64,000 nt of DNA from a virus, in IMG/VR virus record IMGVR_UViG_3300007735_000802; one strand, 5' to 3'. Every line of letters starts with the position of its first letter. The first letter of the stretch is position 1. Below are positions 28,619 to 37,870 of the stretch, one piece after another. Under the pieces are notes generated by a model. That model saw only the letters and a list, made by a program, of their open reading frames with translations, had not been told where the DNA came from and did no database searches. A program made the position numbers and the translations under genes.

Positions 28619-29437
28619 TTATCCTATCATGAAATCGACTGGTAATTCATATGCCGATTCGAATTCTCGTTCTATTAATGCAATTTCTTGAAGTGCTTCT
28701 TGATATATTTGAGCACCCCTGAGTGTTATGCCACCGGGAAGTTGAACACCGTCAAACTTTGCCATGTTTGCTCCCCATTGTCTCTTGATAAGTGCGGTAA
28801 CATATTTTTTAAGCATACGATCATCGTATATTTTTGTCCATGTATCAGGATCAAGCATGGCATATGCTTCTATAATTAGATAATATCCAGCAGTTACTTC
28901 TGAATTTTGTTCATTTAATGCATCAATATAAATTCTATTTGTTACTTTACTAAATCTTATTGATTTTTCTGGACTGAATATTTGTTCAATCAAACTAATG
29001 TAAGACATAGTCGATTGATATCCTGCCATTGGATTTGCTTGAGATCCATTCAATCCTCTGTTAATTCCAAAGTAGTCAGTAAGTGCCAACTGATATCTAA
29101 CATCAAACATATTAACACCTGTCATCAGCCCAAACCTGAAGACACGAACCACTGAAACTATATCTGTTCCTGATGGACTGTCATTTACATCTCCGCTTGG
29201 TGGCAATATATCTTCAAGTTCAATATATCCTCTAGAAATATCTGCTTGAGTGACCTGATATTTAAAAAATGTTTTCTGAACACCATCAAAATGTCTGGTA
29301 GCAAAGTATTGAAGTGCTTCATCTAGACGATCTTCGCATTGCTGACGATCTACATTGATTTCAAGTATGGGAGCACCAAGTGCTCTTAGACAATGATCTA
29401 TTAATGTATCTCTTGAGGTAGGTGGTTCTGATCCCAT
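28619..29437 (-). CDS. gp13: Neck protein
   Basis: CLRALGAPILEINV, HFDG, LKKYVTALIKRQWGANMAKFDGVQLPGG. Confidence 0.95.
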   Translation of the reverse strand: MGSEPPTSRDTLIDHCLRALGAPILEINVDRQQCEDRLDEALQYFATRHFDGVQKTFFKYQVTQADISRGYIELEDILPPSGDVNDSPSGTDIVSVVRVFRFGLMTGVNMFDVRYQLALTDYFGINRGLNGSQANPMAGYQSTMSYISLIEQIFSPEKSIRFSKVTNRIYIDALNEQNSEVTAGYYLIIEAYAMLDPDTWTKIYDDRMLKKYVTALIKRQWGANMAKFDGVQLPGGITLRGAQIYQEALQEIALIEREFESAYELPVDFMIG

Positions 29438-29439
29438 TT

Positions 29440-29476
29440 AAAAATCTCCATCTTTATTTATAAGATGGAGATTTTT
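29440..29476. promoter_or_regulatory. Perfect 15-bp inverted repeat with a late promoter in its loop (terminator and/or SD-sequestering hairpin)
   Basis: AAAAATCTCCATCTT-TATTTAT-AAGATGGAGATTTTT; TATAAATA on the minus strand at 29455..29462. Confidence 0.8.
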
Positions 29477-29479
29477 TTA

Positions 29480-30070
29480 TTATTTGGGATTTGTTGATTC
29501 TTCTGGTTTTGGACCTGGAGGTTCGTGTGAAGATACTTGAATCTTCTCAATTTCTTTATATGGTAGTTGTTCGATATACCATCTTCTTGTCACGGGATTT
29601 TGTGCTTCGTCTGGTTTTGACTTTTGATAATTTGAAAATCCTGGCATTTGCAACGGACATGAAAGTCTCGGATAGTCTAGTTTACTATACTCGTCACCTT
29701 CTGCCAGCAACCATGTTCCTTTTCTATCTCCACACCCACATCCACCACAAAAGAATTTTCCTGGTGTTTCACTTCGTTTTAAATGTTCACATGGAGGGAG
29801 AATTCCACCCTGCGCCTTGTTTCCAAAACAACTCACAACTCTGAGTTGTTTCATTGGAATTGTTACTTTTTCGTTATTAAATCCTCTTGAAGCAATAGCG
29901 GTTGCAAAACTTTGCATCATGGTTAATTTTTCTTTAACCACATTTGTCTTTTGTATTTCTTCTGATCTAAATTCCACAGGTTGCTCTGTTGGTTGTGATA
30001 TTGCCTGTGCTGGTTCCGCTTTTGGTTGTTCAGGATTTACATTATTTTTATTTTTACAATTGCAACCCAT
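29480..30070 (-). CDS. Hypothetical Cys-motif protein (putative metal-binding)
   Basis: MGCNCK N-terminus; C...PCEHL...FCGGCGCGD...CP. Confidence 0.7.
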   Translation of the reverse strand: MGCNCKNKNNVNPEQPKAEPAQAISQPTEQPVEFRSEEIQKTNVVKEKLTMMQSFATAIASRGFNNEKVTIPMKQLRVVSCFGNKAQGGILPPCEHLKRSETPGKFFCGGCGCGDRKGTWLLAEGDEYSKLDYPRLSCPLQMPGFSNYQKSKPDEAQNPVTRRWYIEQLPYKEIEKIQVSSHEPPGPKPEESTNPK

Positions 30071-30080
30071 AATATACCTT

Positions 30081-31565
30081 TCATGTTAAAACAATTTTTC
30101 TAAAGAATAAAATATTCTGAGAAGTCTTGCTATTTACCAAATAAGTTTTGAAATTAGTTTCATAAGAATCACTTATTCCTATAGAATACAAGAACTTACT
30201 ATTATATAGATCAGATACAGATGTGACTGAGTTTATATAATTTGAATTAAAGAAAGAAGAAGATAATAAATTACCCTTTTCGGTAATTCCATTTCTGTAC
30301 AAATATGCAGCATAGAAATACAATTCATATATGGAAGGAATATAGTAATCTATAAATCCTTTTCTTGCATTATATTTAATTGTATTTGTAAGTGCATTAT
30401 TAATTCCTGGGAATGATGTATTTCCATAAGTGTTATAATATCCATCCCACAAAGAAGTTCTATACACCACTTGCTCTTCATCATATTTAAAGAATGGTAA
30501 ATATGTAAGAGTCTCGTCTACTATCAACGCCCATTGCTTATCAGTTCCACCAACAGAATTACCAGTTACTGTTCCTAAAGATGGACTTCCAAAACTAAGA
30601 TTTCCATATACTTGACTGCTCTTGCCATTCAGATATGGTGGTTTAAATATACCAATATATATTCCACCCTGAAATTTATCTCCAGCAGTTAATCCCTTTG
30701 AATTAAACTCAGACAATGTCATTGATTGTCGTGTAAATATTCCGTTTACCTTTACTGGATCTTCTGGTTGATATGAATTTACACAAAATGCATTTGTTTC
30801 ATCTGCACTCTCTACCCAATATCCATTACACATAGATTCATGAGTCAATGTGCATTCATATTCGTTGTCACTATTTAAAGTATAACAAGAACCAATTGTA
30901 TTTGCAGAATAGTTTGTTGTTGAAGTTATTAATTGTGTTTGAATATCTAATGTTGTACAATCTGTTGATCCACATCGGTCTGAATTAAATACAGACGGAT
31001 ATGCATCAGTAGTCAATCTTTCACAATCAATCGCAGTGCATACATTTGTGCATACAATGTCTGTAGGCCATCCAGTTACTGGATCAAAATCTAAATGACA
31101 ACAACCTTTTGGTTTTCTAACATCTGTATTTGGAGCGTTAACACATCTATATCTCCAATCATTTGTATCATTTGGGTTTGTATTCACTAATGTGTCTGGA
31201 CATGAACCAGCAGTCCATTTGCCACCTCGTCTTGCACATTCACACCTAGTGATATTGCTTTGTGTACCAGAATCTAAATATGGTTGTGTTCCCCCAGATA
31301 GTGGTAAATCTGGAATTGAATCTAAATCTCCTGGTGTCACTCTAGAACAAGAGCAGCAACAACCAAGTTGTAAGTCGGCATTTGGACATTCTACATTATC
31401 AATTGATCCCGTTATACCAGCGACGAAATGACCATTTTCTGTAAAGCATTCAATAAATGACTTTATTGTTTTTGTGTTGTCTATTCCACAACACACTCCA
31501 TAACTGTTTAGTTTTGGTGCATAGTTAATTGCTGGTTTGATGCGTGATCTGAATTGTATTGACAT
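30081..31565 (-). CDS. Cys-rich putative fibre/receptor-binding protein with DUF1566/Lcl-like C-terminal domain
   Basis: GxCC repeats; AGDKFQGGIYIG and DYYIPSIYEL motifs shared with neighbouring paralogues. Confidence 0.6.
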   Translation of the reverse strand: MSIQFRSRIKPAINYAPKLNSYGVCCGIDNTKTIKSFIECFTENGHFVAGITGSIDNVECPNADLQLGCCCSCSRVTPGDLDSIPDLPLSGGTQPYLDSGTQSNITRCECARRGGKWTAGSCPDTLVNTNPNDTNDWRYRCVNAPNTDVRKPKGCCHLDFDPVTGWPTDIVCTNVCTAIDCERLTTDAYPSVFNSDRCGSTDCTTLDIQTQLITSTTNYSANTIGSCYTLNSDNEYECTLTHESMCNGYWVESADETNAFCVNSYQPEDPVKVNGIFTRQSMTLSEFNSKGLTAGDKFQGGIYIGIFKPPYLNGKSSQVYGNLSFGSPSLGTVTGNSVGGTDKQWALIVDETLTYLPFFKYDEEQVVYRTSLWDGYYNTYGNTSFPGINNALTNTIKYNARKGFIDYYIPSIYELYFYAAYLYRNGITEKGNLLSSSFFNSNYINSVTSVSDLYNSKFLYSIGISDSYETNFKTYLVNSKTSQNILFFRKIVLT

Positions 31566-31574
31566 ATGTTTCTC

Positions 31575-34500
31575 TTAACACGCTTCATAATCAGAACAAT
31601 CGGAACCACATAAAATAGGAACACACAACTCTTCATTATTTATAGTTATTTTTACATTTTTAATTGTTGTGTTTGTTGAATATCTGAATGTTAACGATGG
31701 AATACATGAAACTGATTCGTTTATAATTAAATTATCACAATTCACAATTCTTTCAAGATCACATGGTGGACTAAATGTACCTGGAGGACCAACTTGACCA
31801 ATTTGAGGACCATTATTGCATTCTTCAACACATTGTTGTGGTTCACAAGTTCCTGTTGCACAACAATCACATCCACCAGGATAACATTCATCTGGAGATC
31901 TACAAGGACCAGCAGCACAATCACATATAGTTGATGGAGCTACTTTATATCCAAATAACAAATGTGCTCTGTGATCAACATACTGCAATACTGGACAAGA
32001 TAATGGACCACCACCACTACAGCACAAATCAGCCCAATGCCAACCATATTGCCATGGTCCACCAAGTAATTGATCCGAACTTCCATTAGGCCACATGTTT
32101 AAATAAGACCATTCATTATTTACTATTGCTTGTGTTTTTGGTAAAAATGTAGAATATGTTACTCTTACTTTTCCATCAAGCGATGGATCATAACATTCAA
32201 CACCAAGAAGTTCTTTGTCTGGTCCAAGACCACAATCTAAAAACTTCTCATAAAGAATTTCTCCGAGTGTACCTTTTAATTCTGTTGGAGTTATTAATCC
32301 ATTAGCTACTTTACTTCTCCAACCATTTTGAGTTCCAAAATAAATACTGTCTTGAGCTTCTGATACGCTTGCTCTGTTTTTGTCTGCGGTGTCAAATGAT
32401 TGATTTTCAGCAAATTTTATAAAACCGCCATAAACTATTCCACCATTCAAATATGTTAATCCCGCTTCATAATATAAAGGATCGTGAATAATTCTTGTTT
32501 GTGTAGTTCCTAAATTGCATGGTCTATTATCTGTTGGATATTGCGTATCTGAACTTTTCTTGAAAAACATTTGTCTTCCTGCTGGTTGATAATTTTGCAA
32601 GTAAACAATTGTCGAGTTGCTTTCTGGTATTGCAGCTCCTCCTTGATTTATTTTTCTAAGATTATGAAATCCTCGAAAATCAAATGTGTCAAAATATGTT
32701 TGTGGTTCAGTAGTTATTATCTGTACAGGTCTTGTTTTTGTACAAAAAAGACAATCTGTTGAATCAAATACATAATCTGCTGCAATAAAATTATCGCTGT
32801 CTACTGGATAGTTTGCAAAAAATCTTGCCTTATCCCACCATGCACCTCCAGATGCTTCACATTGTTCTCTATTTCTTGCTGCTGGATCGCAAATGCCATC
32901 AGTGCTATTTGGTGATTTTTTACAACAAATACCGGTATGATATTCTATAGTTCCGCATGGTTGCGCCGAACATGTTATATCTTTTCTAAATGTTTGATTT
33001 GTTCCAGAACAATTTTGTCTTGTTACATTATCAGCGCATGTGAAATTACCTGAAGTAGTTTCAGTACAACAAGATCCAGTTTCTACTTCAACAGTATCAC
33101 CACATGTACATGCACAACTTATTTCACCACATTGCTTATTTGGTCCCATAAAATATGTTTTGATTTGACCAGCAATTGTTCTATTCAAGCATCCAGTAAA
33201 AGTGTCAGAAACACATGTAGATGTTCCTGCTGCTATATCACATACACAACATGCACCAACGACATTTGTTTGATCGCAGCAGTTTACATCTGCACATGTT
33301 CCTCCAGTTACAGAAAGACCACCAAGAATTAATTCACATTGAACTCTGGTATATCTTCCTAAACAAACTCCATCTTTACAGCAAACTGTTTGTTGTGAAT
33401 CGCAAGGATCATAACAAAATCTTCCTTGTGCTTTTAATTCTTCTTCCGACAAATCTCCGGGTGGATTGTTTGTTCCTGTTGAATTATTATAATCCGAACA
33501 TGTAATTCCGGTCCAATATTGACCGCCGTATGCTTCACACAATGATATCGAAAGTCCCTCTACACATGCACCACCAACGCAGCAAACTCCTCCAAGACCA
33601 CATGTTTTGTCACATGCCAATCCTGGATTGAATGATCCAAATAATTTATCACACTCTGATTTTGTAGAATAATCTCTGCATTCTTTTGTTCCATCGGGAT
33701 TAGTAAAGCAGCAAGATCCATACAAATATCCAGGAATGCATTGTCTATAGACATTTGTAACATTATGACCACGATGAGCAACTGTTGCTAACCATGTTTG
33801 ACCAGCGTCATAACTCAATAATCCTATGATGTTTCTACCACACGATAGGTAGTTTTCACTTGGTTCAAAATAAACATTATCTGGAAATTTCCAAACATTA
33901 TCAGAATCAATAAAGAGAGTGACGGATGCAATTTCACCCTCAATAAATGTTCCTGTTAATCCTTGTATACCAATTGGTGTTTTGATATCAAAAGCACCAG
34001 CAACATCACAATCTAAAAATATACCAAGAGTAGTTCCAGTGGTAAAATTCGGTTCTCCATATAGCCCAGAATATTGATCTTGTTTTACAGGACCAACAGT
34101 TTTAATTCTTGCTGCTGAATTGAGATGAATGGAAGTGTCTGAACTTGCACCTGCATTTCCATCGGTAAACAAAAATTGAAATGCTCCAGAATATCCTGTT
34201 CCTTGTTGAATATTTAAATCGCCACCATATACAGTTGTTGTATTTCCAAGGTAAAGAATATTGCCATTTTGCATAGAAGCGGCATTATAATTTCCTGGAA
34301 CATCATTTCCCCAATATATGCTGTCTATTGAAATGTATTCATTGTTTGGTCCTGTATATGATGCTCTGAGAGAACCATATGCAGATATACCTCTAAAATT
34401 AAATGTACCACCAGAAACATTCTTGAATAATGTTCTACCTCTTGATGCATAAGTACCAAGACCAATGCTTTCTCCAAGAACAAGACCTACAGATTTATCA

Positions 34501-34742
34501 TTTACTGTCGCTCCTCGAAACGACCCAATAATTTCAGCAGTAGATCCATCAGAAAAATTTAATAGAATAGAATTAGCAAATGCAGAATAACTTGTATAAT
34601 ATTTTCCAGATGGACCCGTAGGACCAGTAGTTCCAGTAGAACCAGTTGGACCTATTCCACCGCTTGGACCTAACGGTCCAGCTGGACCTGTGATTCCATA
34701 CGCTCTTGTGCTGCTTATTGAACTGCTACTCATGGATTGCAA
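31575..34742 (-). CDS. Cys-rich putative tail fibre with N-terminal collagen-like G-x-y repeats
   Basis: GITGPAGPLGPSGGIGPTGSTG...; several GxCC repeats; located between baseplate and neck genes. Confidence 0.65.
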   Translation of the reverse strand: MQSMSSSSISSTRAYGITGPAGPLGPSGGIGPTGSTGTTGPTGPSGKYYTSYSAFANSILLNFSDGSTAEIIGSFRGATVNDKSVGLVLGESIGLGTYASRGRTLFKNVSGGTFNFRGISAYGSLRASYTGPNNEYISIDSIYWGNDVPGNYNAASMQNGNILYLGNTTTVYGGDLNIQQGTGYSGAFQFLFTDGNAGASSDTSIHLNSAARIKTVGPVKQDQYSGLYGEPNFTTGTTLGIFLDCDVAGAFDIKTPIGIQGLTGTFIEGEIASVTLFIDSDNVWKFPDNVYFEPSENYLSCGRNIIGLLSYDAGQTWLATVAHRGHNVTNVYRQCIPGYLYGSCCFTNPDGTKECRDYSTKSECDKLFGSFNPGLACDKTCGLGGVCCVGGACVEGLSISLCEAYGGQYWTGITCSDYNNSTGTNNPPGDLSEEELKAQGRFCYDPCDSQQTVCCKDGVCLGRYTRVQCELILGGLSVTGGTCADVNCCDQTNVVGACCVCDIAAGTSTCVSDTFTGCLNRTIAGQIKTYFMGPNKQCGEISCACTCGDTVEVETGSCCTETTSGNFTCADNVTRQNCSGTNQTFRKDITCSAQPCGTIEYHTGICCKKSPNSTDGICDPAARNREQCEASGGAWWDKARFFANYPVDSDNFIAADYVFDSTDCLFCTKTRPVQIITTEPQTYFDTFDFRGFHNLRKINQGGAAIPESNSTIVYLQNYQPAGRQMFFKKSSDTQYPTDNRPCNLGTTQTRIIHDPLYYEAGLTYLNGGIVYGGFIKFAENQSFDTADKNRASVSEAQDSIYFGTQNGWRSKVANGLITPTELKGTLGEILYEKFLDCGLGPDKELLGVECYDPSLDGKVRVTYSTFLPKTQAIVNNEWSYLNMWPNGSSDQLLGGPWQYGWHWADLCCSGGGPLSCPVLQYVDHRAHLLFGYKVAPSTICDCAAGPCRSPDECYPGGCDCCATGTCEPQQCVEECNNGPQIGQVGPPGTFSPPCDLERIVNCDNLIINESVSCIPSLTFRYSTNTTIKNVKITINNEELCVPILCGSDCSDYEAC

Positions 34743-37700
34743 TTGCCTCCAAGAACATCAAGACACGAATTACAATTATTGCTAAATGTTATACCACTTG
34801 TAGGTATACCATATTGATTTGAAGAACTTGCTGCGGTGAAAAAATATTGCGTACATGTCACAACTATAGGAATTCTTCTCACTGGTCGTAAAGCGGCACT
34901 CTTGCTGTTTCTATTTCTACATTTCATCATGCCCAACTCGTTTTGATTTTGACCTTCTGTTAAATCAAATACTTGAGTTAACATTTTTTGTCCATTTGCA
35001 ATTTTCATTGTATATCTATACGCTTCATCTGCATTTAATCCAAATGAATTGTTGCTTGTTATTCTATTTGATGCAAGATATGGTTCTATTTGAGAATCAA
35101 TTGGTTCTAGTCGATATGAATCTTTATTTAATGGATCAAACGCATCCCATTCTTTGAGTCTGGTCACACTTGTAGAACTCCAATATTCATTTTCTCCAAT
35201 TATTTGATCACCATTTACTGCAAGGGATGCATTTAATTCCTCAAGATTGTAGTACATGTAATTTAATTCAACAATGCTTGGAACATACCAATCGTTGTGA
35301 CCATATAATCCAGATTCATTAATTTGAGAAATTTGTCTCATTGCTGAATCTTGTGGATTTTTTCTAGACCACATTTCAGCAAACGCTTGATTGTGTATAA
35401 TTGGATTTGTGTTTATATCATTTTTATTATAGATAGAGCTCCACGCTGGACCATTTCCAAACGAAAATTCAGTATAGCAGTTGCTAAATTGTGGATTACT
35501 AAGATTAAACCATGGATTTTGTATTCCTTTAAATGCACTGGAATCATGCATTCTTGTATTTACAAGACCATCTACTGTAAATGTTGGAACACTTCTTCTT
35601 GAAATTTCAGAAGGAGATCCGTCACTATTTGCAAGATTTCCTCCTTGCATCATACCCCAACTTATTTTTCTAGATCCACCATATTCAACATCTTCAGGAC
35701 CAACAATCAATGCCCACATGACATGAATTGCTGTTGGTCCATAAATTATTGGAGCAAGTACCGAATAATCAGAGTTGTTTAAATCTCCAATATTTTCATT
35801 TGCCAATCCAGAATTTTTCAAACTATATGAATATGCTCCGCGATTTGGTGTATAACTGTTAGAACCTTCAAATAAAATTTCATTAGGCCATGTAATTCCA
35901 TTTAAACTATATGCTTGTTGAACATATGGAATACCGGACTTTACCAAGCAATTTGTATTTAAAGATTTTACTGGTAGTGTTTCAGGGAAAGTTCTTGCAA
36001 AGTAAAGTATATTACCAGCATTATCAGCACCTGATACACCTTTGCAAGTCTTGCAGCGATATGTTGGTGGGACATTTGCTAAATTTCCTCTTGGATTTAT
36101 TAGACATTCTAATGGTTCTCCAATTGCCAAATTTGGATTTGAATATGAAGAGCATGGATTTGGCATACCAATAAATCCAGCAAAATAACCACCACCAATT
36201 TTATCTCCAATATTTAAACAAGAATATATTTGATCATTGAATGGTTTACATGCATTTGCTTGCGGACCATTAAAGAATTCCGCTGAGTATGAAGAACCAC
36301 AACAAGTTACCTCAGCACAAACTGTTCCAGCACCTTGAAATACTTTTCCTGGACCCATACAGTCTTTTGGTAATTTTCCATTTTGACATCCTGTATCTGT
36401 ACAACATGCTCCCTTAAGACGAGGATCTGCACAGCAATTTGGATCACTTATTTCTGATTCACAAGTAGAACCGGAAACAAAGAATGAATTAAATATAGAT
36501 GCACAATCTTGTTGTGATAAATTAAAACACCTACCAGATACACAACACTTTCCTAATTGTGCTGTACCTGTGTTGCATATATTAGATGGACAATTAAATA
36601 TTGTTCCATCGACCCAAACATTTCCACAAGATCTTCCAAGATTAAAATTTCCCTTTACTTGATTGCAACGCTCTTGTGTGGTATTAATGCATGTTGAACG
36701 ATTTATCGTATAGTCATAAACACAACAAGCACCTTCGGTATAACAATCACTTCCACTTTCTCGTTCACTGCAACCAGTTTGTGAAAATACTCCTGATATT
36801 GCTGCACAATAATCAGATGAAACATAATCTAAACAAATTTTATCAGAAGTTGCAGTGTTTTTACAATAACAACAAGAACCAATATTTGGTCGTCTTAAAA
36901 GTTGTGGTTTATATGTGTTTGTGTATGATATACCTGTGCTTCCTATGAAAACTATTTGTTCCATAGTTGCGCCACTTGTTGCACCAAATACTATTTTTTG
37001 ACCAAGAGAAATATATGAACTTGTTAGTGAATCAAATGCTGGTCTAAATCCATTGGTTCCTGGTATTGCTATAAAATCAGGAGATATAGTATTAATCAAT
37101 ATTGAAGTTAAAAATGTTCCACCAGTTCTTCCACCATAATTATTCAATGAAACAGGACTTGGATTAAATATTGGATTTGCACCAGCAGAAACATTCCAGT
37201 TTCTTGTTTGTGTTAAAGATTCACGAAAGAAAGGTTGATCTATTATAAGTTGTCTTTCTTCTGCTACCCATTCTGTGTTTGGTGCTGCTGCTGCTTTAAG
37301 TGGAGTTGTTCCAAATCCTGCATTGTTGTTAATGTACAATAGTTCACCAGTATTACCTAGAGGAATATTAACATCAGCAACTGTAGCACCAAAAATGTAT
37401 ATAAAGTTATTGTCTGAACTTATTCCAAGATCTCCATCCGATGGTTCTCTAAATGGATTTGGTATTGATCCTGTTATTCTAAAACTTTTAAACTGTGCAG
37501 TTTCACCAGCAGCATATGAAGTTATTGGTGCTGAATTTAAATCACCAGGAATAAATCTAGTAGAAACAGAAGTTGGGGAATATGTTCCAAGTTGTGCTAT
37601 GCTATAGAATTCTGTTCCATTTGCAGAACCAGCAGACCCTTGAAGATTATCAAATGTAAATGCAAAAGTTCCACTATAGAAATAAATTGATGTAGAATTT

Positions 37701-37870
37701 CCAGTAACACCCGAAATTCCTGCACCTGTTGTTCCTGTAGGACCAATAGGACCAGTTGGACCTTCTGGTCCAGTATCTCCAGTTGGACCTTTTGGTCCAC
37801 ATGCTCCTGGATTTGCACCAGGTATTGAACCAACTATAATTCTCTTAATAGATGAAGATCCGTATATCAT
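34730..37870 (-). CDS. Cys-rich putative tail fibre, collagen-like N-terminus, DUF1566/Lcl-like C-terminus
   Basis: GPKGPTGDTGPEGPTG; GACC repeats; IGDKIGGG, DWYVPSIVEL, YWSST, LRPVRR. Confidence 0.7.
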   Translation of the reverse strand: MIYGSSSIKRIIVGSIPGANPGACGPKGPTGDTGPEGPTGPIGPTGTTGAGISGVTGNSTSIYFYSGTFAFTFDNLQGSAGSANGTEFYSIAQLGTYSPTSVSTRFIPGDLNSAPITSYAAGETAQFKSFRITGSIPNPFREPSDGDLGISSDNNFIYIFGATVADVNIPLGNTGELLYINNNAGFGTTPLKAAAAPNTEWVAEERQLIIDQPFFRESLTQTRNWNVSAGANPIFNPSPVSLNNYGGRTGGTFLTSILINTISPDFIAIPGTNGFRPAFDSLTSSYISLGQKIVFGATSGATMEQIVFIGSTGISYTNTYKPQLLRRPNIGSCCYCKNTATSDKICLDYVSSDYCAAISGVFSQTGCSERESGSDCYTEGACCVYDYTINRSTCINTTQERCNQVKGNFNLGRSCGNVWVDGTIFNCPSNICNTGTAQLGKCCVSGRCFNLSQQDCASIFNSFFVSGSTCESEISDPNCCADPRLKGACCTDTGCQNGKLPKDCMGPGKVFQGAGTVCAEVTCCGSSYSAEFFNGPQANACKPFNDQIYSCLNIGDKIGGGYFAGFIGMPNPCSSYSNPNLAIGEPLECLINPRGNLANVPPTYRCKTCKGVSGADNAGNILYFARTFPETLPVKSLNTNCLVKSGIPYVQQAYSLNGITWPNEILFEGSNSYTPNRGAYSYSLKNSGLANENIGDLNNSDYSVLAPIIYGPTAIHVMWALIVGPEDVEYGGSRKISWGMMQGGNLANSDGSPSEISRRSVPTFTVDGLVNTRMHDSSAFKGIQNPWFNLSNPQFSNCYTEFSFGNGPAWSSIYNKNDINTNPIIHNQAFAEMWSRKNPQDSAMRQISQINESGLYGHNDWYVPSIVELNYMYYNLEELNASLAVNGDQIIGENEYWSSTSVTRLKEWDAFDPLNKDSYRLEPIDSQIEPYLASNRITSNNSFGLNADEAYRYTMKIANGQKMLTQVFDLTEGQNQNELGMMKCRNRNSKSAALRPVRRIPIVVTCTQYFFTAASSSNQYGIPTSGITFSNNCNSCLDVLGGNCNP

